This document shows, in pieces, positions 36,811 to 46,488 of a DNA stretch of 49,401 bases. Source of the DNA: Acidimicrobiaceae bacterium. Lineage in GTDB: Bacteria > Actinomycetota > Acidimicrobiia > Acidimicrobiales > RAAP-2. Each line of letters begins with the position of its first letter. Position 1 is the first letter of the stretch. The translations under genes and the position numbers were made by a program. The stretch spans positions 4,600 through 54,000 of the forward strand of contig PMPX01000131.1 in the NCBI GenBank assembly GCA_003169235.1, written 5' to 3'. The notes beneath the pieces are model-generated. The model searched no databases. It worked only from the letters and a program-made list of their open reading frames with translations, and was not told the origin of the DNA.

Positions 36811-39800
36811 GTGCCGGCGGGGTCCGCGTCGCCGGGGTCACAGCATCCTGGTGGAATAGGGGACGTGCCCGACGCTCCGCGTGATCCCACTGGACCCGAG
36901 GCGCTGTTCCACCCGGCCGTGGCCGGCTGGTTCGCCCGGCGGTTCCCGGCCGGGCCCACGCCCCCGCAGACGGCGGCGTGGCCGCACATCGCGGCGGGCA
37001 GCGACGTGCTGGTCGCCTCGCCCACCGGCTCGGGCAAGACGCTGACGGGTTTCCTGGTGGCCATCGACGCCGCCTACCGCGCCGCCGAGGCCGGTCCGCG
37101 CGCCGGTGGTGCGCCGGAGGTGCTCTACATCTCGCCGCTGCGTGCCCTCGCCGTCGACGTGCACGAGAACCTCCACGTCCCGCTGGCCGAGATCCGGGAG
37201 GAGGCGGCGCGGCTCGGGTACCCCGACCCCGGGCTCCGCATCGCGGTGCGCACGGGCGACACGCCGCCGGCCGAGCGGGCCGCCATGAAGAAGCAGTCGC
37301 CCGACCTGCTCGTCACCACGCCGGAGTCCCTCTATCTCCTCCTCACCGCGCCGTCGTCACGGGCCCTGCTGCGCGGGGTGCGCACCGTCATCGTCGACGA
37401 GGTCCACACGCTGGCGCGCGACAAGCGGGGCAGCCATCTGTCGCTGAGCCTCGAGCGGCTCGACGCGTTGGTGACCGAGAGCGGGGGGAGCCTGCAGCGC
37501 ATCGGGCTCTCGGCGACGCAACGCCCGCTCGATCTCGTGGCGCGGTTGCTGTCCGGCGTGCACGAGGGGCGCCCACCGACGGTCATCGTCGACTGCGGGC
37601 ACGCCCGCGACCTCGAGGTCGCCATCGAGCTGCCCACCACCGAGCTCGAGGCGGTCATGAGTGGCGGTCAGATGTCCGACATCCTCGACCGCATCGCGGC
37701 GCACACCCGCCACCATCGGACCACGCTCATCTTCGTCAACACCCGCAAGATGGCGGAGCGGGTGGCCCACCAGCTGGCCGAGCGCCTGGCCGACGAGGAG
37801 CCCCGGAGCGACGGCGACGTCGACGCGTCCCTTCTGGTGGCGGCGCACCACGGCAGCCTCTCGGCGGCGCGGCGGCGCATCGTCGAGACGCGCCTGCGGG
37901 CCGGCGACCTGCGCGCTTTGGTGGCCACCGCGTCGCTCGAGCTCGGGATCGACGTGGGCCCCGTCGAGCTCGTCTGCCAGATCGGGTCGCCCCGCGCCAT
38001 CGGCACCTTCCTCCAGCGCGTCGGCCGGGCCAACCACCATCGGGACGGGACGCCGGCGGGGCGGCTCTACCCGACGACGCGCGACGAGCTGGTCGAGTGC
38101 ACCGCCCTGCTCGCCGCCGTGCGCGAGGGGCGCCTCGACCTTTTGGAGCCCCCGGTGGCGCCGCTGGACGTCCTGGCGCAGCAGCTGGTGGCCGAGGTGG
38201 CCTCCACCGACGAGCGCGAGGTCGAGGCCATGTGGGCCATGACCCGGCGGGCCGCGCCCTACGCCGAACTGTCCCGGGAGGACTTCGACGACGTGGTCGC
38301 CCTGACGAGCTGGGGCATCGAGACGGGGCGGGGGCGCCGGGGGGCGCACCTGCACCACGACGCCGTGAACGGGCGCCTGCGGGCGCGGCGCGGCGCCCGG
38401 CTGGCCGCGTTGACGGGAGGGGGCGCCATCCCCGAGACGGGGGACTACCGGGTGGTGCTCGACCCCGACGGGGTGACCGTCGGCTCCGTCCACGAGGACT
38501 TCGCCGTCGAGGCGACGGCGGGGGACATCTTCCTGCTCGGCACGCACTCGTGGCGCGTCGCCAAGGTCGAGGTCGGCACGGTGCGGGTCCACGACGCCGG
38601 CGACCTGCCCCCCACCATCCCGTTCTGGCTGGGTGAGGCGCCGGCCCGCACGGCCGAGCTCTCCGAGGCCGTGAGCGACCTGCGCGCCGCGCTCGAGCCG
38701 CTCCTGCGCGCCGGGGACGGCGACGCGGCCCGCGCCCTGGTGCGCGAGCGCGCCGGCGTCTCGGCCGAGGTGGCCCAGCAGGTGGTGGCCTACTGCGCCG
38801 CCGGCCTCAGCGCCCTGGGCCACCTGCCGACGCGCGAGCGCATCGTGGTCGAGCGCTGCTTCGACGAGAGCGAGGGGTCACAGCTGATCATCCACGCCCC
38901 CTTCGGCGGCCGCGTCAACCGCGCCCTCGGGCTCGCCCTGCGCAAGCGGTTCTGCGTGTCGTTCGACTTCGAGCTGCAGGCGGCGGCGGACGACGACACC
39001 GTCGTGCTCTCGCTCGGACCCCAGCACAGCTTCCCGCTCACGCGCGTGCAGTCGATGCTCTCGAGCGCCCGGGTGCCCGAGGTGCTGACCCAGGCCGTCC
39101 TGCCCCACCCGATGCTGGGGGCGCGCTGGCGCTGGAACCTCAACCGTGCCCTCGTGCTGCCTCGCATGAACGGCGGGAAGCGGCGCCCGATCCACCTCCA
39201 GCGCATGGAGGCGGACGACCTCCTCGCCGCGGTCTGGCCCGGTCTGGCGGCCTGCCAGGAGAACGCGCCGCCCGGGCCGGTGGCGGTGCCCGACCACGTG
39301 CTGGCCCGCCAGACGGTCCACGACTGCCTGCACGAGGGGCTCTCGGTGGAGGGCCTGGTCGAGCTGTGGTCGAAGGTGGAGTCCGGTGCGATCGAGGTGC
39401 ACACCGTCGAGTCGTCGGAGCCGTCGCCCCTCTCTCACGCCATCCTGAGCGGACGTCCCTTCACCTACCTCGACGACGCGCCCCTCGAGGAGCGCCGCAC
39501 GCGGGCGCTGTCGCTGCGCCGCGGCCTCGGCGCGGGCGGCCCCGACGGCCTGCCCGTGCCGGCCGCGGAGCTGGCGGCCCTGAGTCCCGAGGCGGTCGCC
39601 ATGGTGCTCGACCAGGTACGCCCGCGCCCGCGTGATCCGGACGAGTTGCACGACCTGCTGCTCTCGCTCGTGATGGCGCGACCCTGTGCCGACTGGGGGG
39701 CGTGGTACGACGCGTTGGCCGCGACCGGCAGGGCGAGCCTGCTCGACGGGTGCTGGGTGGCCACGGAGCGCCGTGACGCCGCCGGCTCGCTGGGTGCGGA

Positions 39801-41151
39801 CGACGGTGCCGCGGCCGCCTGCGTCGCCGGTCACCTCCAACTGGCCGGACCGGTCTCGGTCGGGCAGCTGGTCGCCGACGCGCCACTGCCGTCGGGGGCC
39901 CCGAGGGGTGCGCCGCTGTCGGAGGCCCGGGCGCGCACCGCGCTGGCCCGGCTCGAGTCCAGGGGCTCGGCGATCGAGCTGCCGGACGGCCGTTGGTGCG
40001 CGCGCAACCTGCTGGTCCGGTTGCACGGGGCCAGTCGCAGCCAGCGGCGCCGCATGGTCGAGGCGGTGCCGATCGCCGACTACGTGCGCTTCCTGACGCA
40101 CTGGCAGCACGCGACGCCCGACAGCCGGGTCGAGGGACGGGCCGGGTTGCTCCAGGTCCTCGAGCAACTGGCGGGGATCGAGGCGCCGGCGGCGGAATGG
40201 GAGGCCCAGATCCTCCCGGCGCGCGTCACCGGCTACGACCCCCGCTGGCTCGATGAGCTGTGTCTCTCCGGCGAGGTGGTGTGGGGACGCCTGACCCCGC
40301 GTCCCGAGCGGGCCGGTCGGAGCGGCACGCCGTCACCGGCCACGCCCCTGGCCTTCGTCGTGCGCGACGACCTCCAGACGATCCTGCGCGCCGTGCGGGC
40401 CGGTGCCGTCGCCCCCGAGCCGGCGGTCGGCGCGGCGGCCGACGTCCTGGCGGCCCTGCGCACGCGGGGTGCCTGCTTCCGCCCGGAGCTGTCGCCGCTG
40501 ACCGGCCGTCTCCCGGCCGAGGTGGACGAGGGGCTGTGGGACCTGGTCGCACGCGGTCTCGTCACGGCCGACGCCTTCTCGGCCGTGCGCTCGCTGCTCT
40601 CCGCCCGCGACCGCTGGAGGACCCGGACGGGGCGTCGCCCGTCGGGACGTCTCGCCCGCCGGCGCGCGCCCGTCGGAACCGGGATCGGAGAGGGTCGCTG
40701 GTCGCTCCTGCCGGGCGCCGAGGTGCTCGGGACCCCGGCGGTCGACGACGGCGTGCTCTCGCCGGGCAACGAGGAGCTGGCGGAGTCGGTGGCGCACCAG
40801 ATGCTGGCGCGCTGGGGCGTCGTGGCCTGGGAGGTCTGGAGCCGTGAGTCGTTCAAGGTGCCCTGGCGCGAGGTGGTGTGGGCGCTGCGCCGGTTGGAGG
40901 CGCGGGGCGTGGCGCTGGGAGGCCGCTTCATCGCGGGGCTCTCCGGGGAGCAGTACGCGCTCCCCGAGGCCTTCGAGGAGCTGCAGGCCGTGCACCGCTC
41001 CGCCACCGGGGGCGAACAGGTGGTCGTGGCCGGCGCCGATCCGCTCAACATGACCGGCTCCATCATCGCCGGCGCCCGCGTCCCGACGCGTCGCAACCAG
41101 CGGGTGGTCTACCGCGATGGCATCGTGGTGGAACGCCTCGAGGCGGGGTGA
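36811..41151 (+). CDS. lhr: ATP-dependent helicase Lhr (large helicase-related, full length)
   Basis: The protein is 1446 aa. Motif I is ASPTGSGKT and motif II is VIVDEVH. HHGSLS, ATASLELGID and a long Lhr-type C-terminal region are present. An alternative GTG start lies at 36865. Confidence 0.9.
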   Translation: MPAGSASPGSQHPGGIGDVPDAPRDPTGPEALFHPAVAGWFARRFPAGPTPPQTAAWPHIAAGSDVLVASPTGSGKTLTGFLVAIDAAYRAAEAGPRAGGAPEVLYISPLRALAVDVHENLHVPLAEIREEAARLGYPDPGLRIAVRTGDTPPAERAAMKKQSPDLLVTTPESLYLLLTAPSSRALLRGVRTVIVDEVHTLARDKRGSHLSLSLERLDALVTESGGSLQRIGLSATQRPLDLVARLLSGVHEGRPPTVIVDCGHARDLEVAIELPTTELEAVMSGGQMSDILDRIAAHTRHHRTTLIFVNTRKMAERVAHQLAERLADEEPRSDGDVDASLLVAAHHGSLSAARRRIVETRLRAGDLRALVATASLELGIDVGPVELVCQIGSPRAIGTFLQRVGRANHHRDGTPAGRLYPTTRDELVECTALLAAVREGRLDLLEPPVAPLDVLAQQLVAEVASTDEREVEAMWAMTRRAAPYAELSREDFDDVVALTSWGIETGRGRRGAHLHHDAVNGRLRARRGARLAALTGGGAIPETGDYRVVLDPDGVTVGSVHEDFAVEATAGDIFLLGTHSWRVAKVEVGTVRVHDAGDLPPTIPFWLGEAPARTAELSEAVSDLRAALEPLLRAGDGDAARALVRERAGVSAEVAQQVVAYCAAGLSALGHLPTRERIVVERCFDESEGSQLIIHAPFGGRVNRALGLALRKRFCVSFDFELQAAADDDTVVLSLGPQHSFPLTRVQSMLSSARVPEVLTQAVLPHPMLGARWRWNLNRALVLPRMNGGKRRPIHLQRMEADDLLAAVWPGLAACQENAPPGPVAVPDHVLARQTVHDCLHEGLSVEGLVELWSKVESGAIEVHTVESSEPSPLSHAILSGRPFTYLDDAPLEERRTRALSLRRGLGAGGPDGLPVPAAELAALSPEAVAMVLDQVRPRPRDPDELHDLLLSLVMARPCADWGAWYDALAATGRASLLDGCWVATERRDAAGSLGADDGAAAACVAGHLQLAGPVSVGQLVADAPLPSGAPRGAPLSEARARTALARLESRGSAIELPDGRWCARNLLVRLHGASRSQRRRMVEAVPIADYVRFLTHWQHATPDSRVEGRAGLLQVLEQLAGIEAPAAEWEAQILPARVTGYDPRWLDELCLSGEVVWGRLTPRPERAGRSGTPSPATPLAFVVRDDLQTILRAVRAGAVAPEPAVGAAADVLAALRTRGACFRPELSPLTGRLPAEVDEGLWDLVARGLVTADAFSAVRSLLSARDRWRTRTGRRPSGRLARRRAPVGTGIGEGRWSLLPGAEVLGTPAVDDGVLSPGNEELAESVAHQMLARWGVVAWEVWSRESFKVPWREVVWALRRLEARGVALGGRFIAGLSGEQYALPEAFEELQAVHRSATGGEQVVVAGADPLNMTGSIIAGARVPTRRNQRVVYRDGIVVERLEAG

Positions 41152-41927
41152 GCGTGTTCCCCAAGCGGACGATCGATCTGAACGCTGACGTCGGCGAGGC
41201 CGTCGATCCTGCGGGCGTCGACGTCGAGCGCGCCCTGCTCGGCCTGGTCACCACGGCCCACATCGCCTGCGGCGGCCACGCCGGCGACGAAACGGTCATG
41301 GCCGCCACCGTCGCCGCCGCACTGGCGCACTCGGTGCGGGTCGGGGCGCACCCGTCGTATCCCGACGAGGAGGGATTCGGCCGCCGCCCGCTGGACATCG
41401 ACCGGGACGCGCTCCGTTCCTCGCTGTGCGAGCAGCTCGGGGCGCTCGAGCGCATCAGCCGCGCCGCCGGGACGGCGATCGAGTCGGTCAAGGCGCACGG
41501 CGCGCTCTACACGGAGGTGGCCAAGGGGGGCGCCATCTACGAGACCTTCCGCGACGCGGTGCGGGCCAGCTGCGACGAGGGCGTCGCGCTCGTGCTCCCT
41601 TCGGGCTGCCGCGCCTTGGCGATGACGTTGCGCGACGGGGTGACGGCGTGCGAGGAGGGGTTCTGCGACCGGTCGTACCGTTCCGATGGTGGGCTGGTCG
41701 ATCGCCAGAGCGCGGGCGCCATGGTGAGCGACCCCGCCGCGGCGGCCGCGCAGGCACTCAGCCTGGCCCGGGGTGCCGTGGCGACCAGTGACGGCAGCGT
41801 GCTGACCCTCTGGGTGGATACCTTGTGCATCCACGGCGATACACCGGGCGCGGTGCCCATCGCCACCGCGGTGCGCGAGGCGCTGGTCGGATCGGGCATC
41901 GACGTGATCGCGCCGGCACATGCATGA
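41148..41927 (+). CDS. pxpA: 5-oxoprolinase subunit PxpA (LamB/YcsF family)
   Basis: IDLNADVGE, AHIACGGHAGD and VGAHPSYPD are present. The start is GTG 41148 (GTGA with the lhr stop) or GTG 41154. Confidence 0.85.
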   Translation: MSVFPKRTIDLNADVGEAVDPAGVDVERALLGLVTTAHIACGGHAGDETVMAATVAAALAHSVRVGAHPSYPDEEGFGRRPLDIDRDALRSSLCEQLGALERISRAAGTAIESVKAHGALYTEVAKGGAIYETFRDAVRASCDEGVALVLPSGCRALAMTLRDGVTACEEGFCDRSYRSDGGLVDRQSAGAMVSDPAAAAAQALSLARGAVATSDGSVLTLWVDTLCIHGDTPGAVPIATAVREALVGSGIDVIAPAHA

Positions 41928-43609
41928 CGCAGTCGGTCCCGCCGGGGGAGCTGCGGCGCCTCGGTGATCGAGCCTTCCTGATCGGGGTCGTCGGCGCCGC
42001 TGCAGGCCGCGTCCTGGCGCAGGCGCTCCGGCGTGAGCTGGACGAGGGGGGCGACATCGAGGTGGTGTGCGGCTTCGCCAGCGTCGCGGTCGTGCTGACC
42101 GACCGCGACGCGGATCTCGAACCCGTGGAGGCCGCAGCGGGCCGCGTGATGGCGGCACTCGACGGGCCTGCGGCCGACGACGGCCCGCCTCCGGGCCGGC
42201 TCGTGACGGTCCCGTGCGCCTTCGACGGTCCCGACCTGGCCGAGGTGGCGGCACGCGTCGGGTGCACGACGGACCAGGTGGTGGGCCTCCTGACGGAGCG
42301 GCTCTTGACCGTCGCCGTCTTGGGATTCTCGCCGGGGTTCGCCTATCTGGACGGGCTCCCCGAGGAGCTCCTCTCCGTGCCGAGATGCGCCCGGCCGCGC
42401 CCGGTGGTGCCCGCGGGTTCCGTCGCCCTCGCCAACGGGCACGCCGCCGTCTACCCGACGGCGTCGCCGGGCGGATGGCAACTCGTCGGCCGCACCGGCG
42501 TCACGCTCTTCTCGCCCGAGGCACCCCCCTATGCGCTCCTGGCGCCGGGGGACCGGGTACGCCTGACCGTGGCGGGGGCCGGTGACCCGGTCGATCCCGC
42601 GCCGGTGCGGGTGGCGGCGTGGTCCCCGCCCGCGACGGCGCGGCTCGTGCTCGAGGTCGTCACGCCGGGCCTCCGGGCCGTGGTGCAGGACGGCGGGCGA
42701 CGGGGCGTGGCGGCGGTCGGGGTCCCCTGCGCCGGCCCGGCCGATCCGGTCTCCTTCGCCCTGGCCAACCGCCTCGTCGGCAACGCGGAGGGCTCCGGGA
42801 CGATCGAGGTGACCGGGGGTGGGGCACGGCTGCGCGGCGCGGCACCGTCCCACGTGGCCGTGGTCGGCGCCGCGCCCGAGGTGCGCGTCGACGGCGTGGC
42901 GGTCCCGGCCGGCCAGGTGCTCCCCCTGTCGGACGGTCACGTGCTCGAGGTGGGACCCGTGGGCCGGGGGTGCCGCACCTACGTGTCCGTGGCGGGAGGG
43001 CTCGTCGGGCCGGCCGCCTTCGGGAGCAGCGCCAGCGACGAGCTGTGTGGCCTCGGTGCGGGGCCGCTCGTGGCCGGGCAGCTGCTGTACGCGGGGCCGT
43101 GGTCGCCACCGCTGGGCGACCACGTCGCCGCCGGTGCGCCGAGCGACGTCGCGGCGGGTGGCGCCCCGCTGGTCCTCCGTGTCGTGCCGGGACCGCACCC
43201 CGAGTGGTTCGAGCCGGCCGCGCTGGAGCGGCTCGGGGGAGGGGTCTTCGTCGTCGAGGGGGACAGCAACCGGGTCGGCCTCAGGCTGCGCGCCGAGAGC
43301 CATGCGATCACGTTGCGCCGGCCGCTGCAGGACGGCGAGCTCGACTCACAGGGCGTCGTGACCGGCGCGGTGCAGGTGCCGCCCGGCGGCGAGCCGGTGA
43401 TCCTCATGCCCGACCACGCCACGCTCGGGGGCTACCCCGTGCTCGCGGTGGTGGTCTCCGCCGACCATGGCCTGCTCGGCCAGTGCGCTCCGGGTACCCG
43501 CGTCCGCCTCGTCCCGATCGGCCACGACGAGGCCCGTGCGGCGTGGCGGGCCCGGCGGCGCGCCGTCGAGGGCGCCGTCATCGGCCACTACCCGGTGGCG
43601 GCCGGGTGA
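41924..43609 (+). CDS. fused 5-oxoprolinase subunits PxpB-PxpC (KipI-KipA / allophanate hydrolase subunit 1+2 domains)
   Basis: The ATG at 41924 overlaps the pxpA stop (ATGA). The N-terminal half has VLGFSPGFAYLDGLP...PGGWQLVGRT (PxpB). The C-terminal half has PGLRAVVQDGGRRG...GVPCAGPADP...MPDHATLGGYP (PxpC). Confidence 0.85.
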   Translation: MTQSVPPGELRRLGDRAFLIGVVGAAAGRVLAQALRRELDEGGDIEVVCGFASVAVVLTDRDADLEPVEAAAGRVMAALDGPAADDGPPPGRLVTVPCAFDGPDLAEVAARVGCTTDQVVGLLTERLLTVAVLGFSPGFAYLDGLPEELLSVPRCARPRPVVPAGSVALANGHAAVYPTASPGGWQLVGRTGVTLFSPEAPPYALLAPGDRVRLTVAGAGDPVDPAPVRVAAWSPPATARLVLEVVTPGLRAVVQDGGRRGVAAVGVPCAGPADPVSFALANRLVGNAEGSGTIEVTGGGARLRGAAPSHVAVVGAAPEVRVDGVAVPAGQVLPLSDGHVLEVGPVGRGCRTYVSVAGGLVGPAAFGSSASDELCGLGAGPLVAGQLLYAGPWSPPLGDHVAAGAPSDVAAGGAPLVLRVVPGPHPEWFEPAALERLGGGVFVVEGDSNRVGLRLRAESHAITLRRPLQDGELDSQGVVTGAVQVPPGGEPVILMPDHATLGGYPVLAVVVSADHGLLGQCAPGTRVRLVPIGHDEARAAWRARRRAVEGAVIGHYPVAAG

Positions 43610-43615
43610 GCGGAA

Positions 43616-44374
43616 TCAGACGAGCAGCTTCACGGCCGTGCCGACGCCGATGACGACCACGACGGCCCGCAGCGCCGGGGCGGGCAGGGCCAGCGCGACG
43701 CGGGCCCCGATGTAGCCCCCGACGAGACTGCCTGCGGCGAGAAGGCCGACCGCCTCCCACGCCAGCCCACCGTGGACGAGGAAGACGACGGCGGCGATGC
43801 CGTTGACGATCATGGAGAGCACGGCGCGCAGGCCGCTCGTGTGGGCGATGGAGACCGGCAGCGCGAGGCCCAGCACGGCCAGGAACATGACCCCCATGGC
43901 GGCACCGAAGTAGCCGCCGTAGACGGATGCGGCGAACACCCCCGCCACGAGGAGCACCGGCCGGGTGCGCGGGTGGGCCGAGCCACGGTCGAGGACACGC
44001 CGCAGCGCGGGCTGCGCCGCGAAAAGGGCGGCCGCCCCCAGCACGAGCCAGGGGACCACGTCGTCGAAGGTCGCCGCTGACGTCGTGAGGAGGAGCAGTG
44101 CGCCGGCGACCCCGCCGGCCAGGGCCACCGGCGTCAGCCGGGCCAGCCGACGGGCCTGATCGCCGATCTCGCTGCGGTACCCGGCGGCCGAGGCCAGGTA
44201 GCCGGGCCAGATCCCGACGGTGTTGGTGATGTTGGCCGTGAGGGCCGGGTACCCGAGCGCCAGGAGGATCGGGAACGAGATCAGGCTGCCACCACCGGCC
44301 ACACCGTTGAAGATGCCGGCACCCACCCCGGCCAGGACGATCAGCACGACGTGGGACGCGGGCATGGGGGGCAA
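43616..44374 (-). CDS. sulfite exporter TauE/SafE family membrane protein
   Basis: The protein is 252 aa and polytopic. GVGAGIFNGVAGGGSLISFPILLALG is the TauE-type motif. Confidence 0.85.
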   Translation of the reverse strand: MPPMPASHVVLIVLAGVGAGIFNGVAGGGSLISFPILLALGYPALTANITNTVGIWPGYLASAAGYRSEIGDQARRLARLTPVALAGGVAGALLLLTTSAATFDDVVPWLVLGAAALFAAQPALRRVLDRGSAHPRTRPVLLVAGVFAASVYGGYFGAAMGVMFLAVLGLALPVSIAHTSGLRAVLSMIVNGIAAVVFLVHGGLAWEAVGLLAAGSLVGGYIGARVALALPAPALRAVVVVIGVGTAVKLLV

Positions 44375-44562
44375 GAGTACGGGACGGGGGGTGTCCCCCG
44401 ATGGTGCGGGGCCTCGGTCCGAGCACGGCCTGTGCGCTCCGCACGGGTGCCGACCTGCAGATTATTTCACCGCCGAGCGCAAGGTTCGCCGAACTCCGCC
44501 GTTCCAATCGCAACGACAGAGGAGGCCAACGTGGCATCGGTGGGGACGGTAAGGGGTCACAG

Positions 44563-46161
44563 ATGAGGGGTCGAATCCGGATCGCCGCGGTGGGGTTGCT
44601 GGCGCTGACGGTCGTCGGCGCGCTCTCCTCGACGGCGGGGGCGCAGACGGTCACCCAGTGGAACGTGCAGTCGAACGGGGGGTTCGTGTCGCTGGACCTC
44701 CTCAACACGCTGCAGCTCGCCGGCGGCGGCTCCGAGGCGGATGCCAGCAGCGCACCGCAGGCCGAGGCGTCGGGCACGGGAGCCTGCCTCTCGACGGCCT
44801 CGTCGACCAACCCCTGCCCGACGAGCCCCACGTCCCCGTTGAGCGGTGTCGCGCTCGACAGCACGCAGGACGCAGTGGCCAAGGGCGCCGGTGTGACGGC
44901 GACGCCGACCGGATCGGGCACGTGCACGCTCCCGATCAACACGGGGCTGCTGAACGTCGACGTCTCGTACGGCACCGCGTCGGCCTCCGAGGACGGCAAC
45001 GGGGATCCGACCGCCAGTGGCACCGGGAGCCTCGCCAACGTGTCCATCAGCGTGAGCCTGACCGACGTCCTGCAGAGCCTCCTGGGTGGCTCGCTCCCGT
45101 CCGCGTCCTCGGTCTGCAACGACGCACCGGCGGCGGGCTCCACGACCGGCTCGAACACGAGCCCGCTGTCGTCGACGGTGTCCAGCCTCCTCACCACCGT
45201 CAACGGCATCCTGCCGGCGAACCTCGCTCTCAACCCGACGAGCGTGGCAGGCGGGAGCGATCTCGCCGGTGAGTGCTCCATCCTCAGTGGGCTCCTCACT
45301 CAGATCGGCGCGGCAGGCGGCTCGTCGCCCGTGGGCGGCATCGTGACCGGCATCCTCGACGAGGTGCTGGGGCTCACCGGTGGCAACGCGGCCAGCGTGC
45401 AGCCGCTCTCGATCGACCTCGGCGGGTCGACCTCTGCGGTCAGCACGAGCGGCAACGTCGTCACCGACTCGGTGACTCAGCACGCGGCCGACGTCGACCT
45501 CTTCGGCCTGGCCGACCTGCAGGTGGCGCCGACGACCGCCTCTATCACCCTCGACCGCAGCTCCGGCACCGTGACGCCGAGCTGCAACGCAGGCCTGGTC
45601 TCGTACTCCACCAACGGCTCGCTGCCGACCTTCGTCAACATCGCCCAACTCAATTCTCTGGTGAACCAGATCCTCTCCACGCTGGGCAGCAGCGGCAGCG
45701 CCCTCAGCTCAGCGCTCGGGAGCCTGCTCACGGGGATCATCAGCTACAACCCCGACGGCAACCTGCTGACCTGTGACACGTCGGACCCAGGCACGACGGC
45801 GAGCGCCAAGGTGAGCGCCGTGCACCTCGGCCTGCTGAGCGGCCTCATGGGCGGTGTGGGCCTCGACGTCGGTGACGTCGGCGTGACCGGCAGCGCGACC
45901 GTCGCGAGCCCGGCCGTGACGACGTCCGCCGCCATCGCCACTCCGGCCGCCGTCACGGCACCGGCATCGGCATCGGCGCCGGTACCGGCACCGGTTCCCG
46001 ACGTCACCAGCGTGCACACCGGGGAGTACTGGGCCGGCAGCCTGCCCGTCATCCTGATGGCCGGGATGGGTCTCGCCGGCCTCATGCTCATCGGCCGTCG
46101 CCGCATCGCACCGGTCGTCCGCACACTCAATCCACTCACCCGCCGCCGGGGTGGCCAATGA
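44563..46161 (+). CDS. secreted Ser/Thr/Gly-rich surface protein with C-terminal sorting-signal-like anchor (SVHTG + TM + RRR)
   Basis: It starts at ATG 44563. The signal peptide is MRGRIRIAAVGLLALTVVGALSSTAGA, and there are 8 Cys. The C-terminus is SVHTGEYWAGSLPVILMAGMGLAGLMLIGRRR... (nt 46009-46161). Confidence 0.65.
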   Translation: MRGRIRIAAVGLLALTVVGALSSTAGAQTVTQWNVQSNGGFVSLDLLNTLQLAGGGSEADASSAPQAEASGTGACLSTASSTNPCPTSPTSPLSGVALDSTQDAVAKGAGVTATPTGSGTCTLPINTGLLNVDVSYGTASASEDGNGDPTASGTGSLANVSISVSLTDVLQSLLGGSLPSASSVCNDAPAAGSTTGSNTSPLSSTVSSLLTTVNGILPANLALNPTSVAGGSDLAGECSILSGLLTQIGAAGGSSPVGGIVTGILDEVLGLTGGNAASVQPLSIDLGGSTSAVSTSGNVVTDSVTQHAADVDLFGLADLQVAPTTASITLDRSSGTVTPSCNAGLVSYSTNGSLPTFVNIAQLNSLVNQILSTLGSSGSALSSALGSLLTGIISYNPDGNLLTCDTSDPGTTASAKVSAVHLGLLSGLMGGVGLDVGDVGVTGSATVASPAVTTSAAIATPAAVTAPASASAPVPAPVPDVTSVHTGEYWAGSLPVILMAGMGLAGLMLIGRRRIAPVVRTLNPLTRRRGGQ

Positions 46162-46488
46162 GCCGGCCCCGACTGACCCTCCCCTCCGGGTCGGACGGCG
46201 GGCCGCCACCGGGCCCGGCCTTCGGGACCTCCTCCGTTCCCCCTCCGGTCTCGTGGGCCGGCCCGGCGGCAGCCACCAGGAAGGGCCGCGACTAGCCCAG
46301 ACCACGGCGACAGGGGGAACCAGGCCGGGCCCGTCGGCTCGGGCACTGGAGGAGGAAGAGGCAAAGAGATCTCGGAAGATCTGGAGGGAGAGGCAGATGC
46401 AGCGGGAACCGGTGCTGCGAGCTGCTCGGAGCGGGGCGGCGGAATCCCGGTCCGAGCAGAGGCAGCCGGCCACCATGGAGAGGGGCCG

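Noticed and set aside
35051-41151. Patatin + methyltransferase + giant helicase as a DISARM/Druantia-like anti-phage system
   Set aside because: The helicase has Lhr hallmarks (DEVH, a full Lhr-type C-terminal region, about 1450 aa) rather than a DUF1998-type partner. The methyltransferase has small-molecule class I motifs and no DNA-MTase DPPY/PCQ-type motifs. No PLD, SNF2 or DUF1998 genes are present, and the downstream genes are 5-oxoprolinase. A housekeeping interpretation is more parsimonious.
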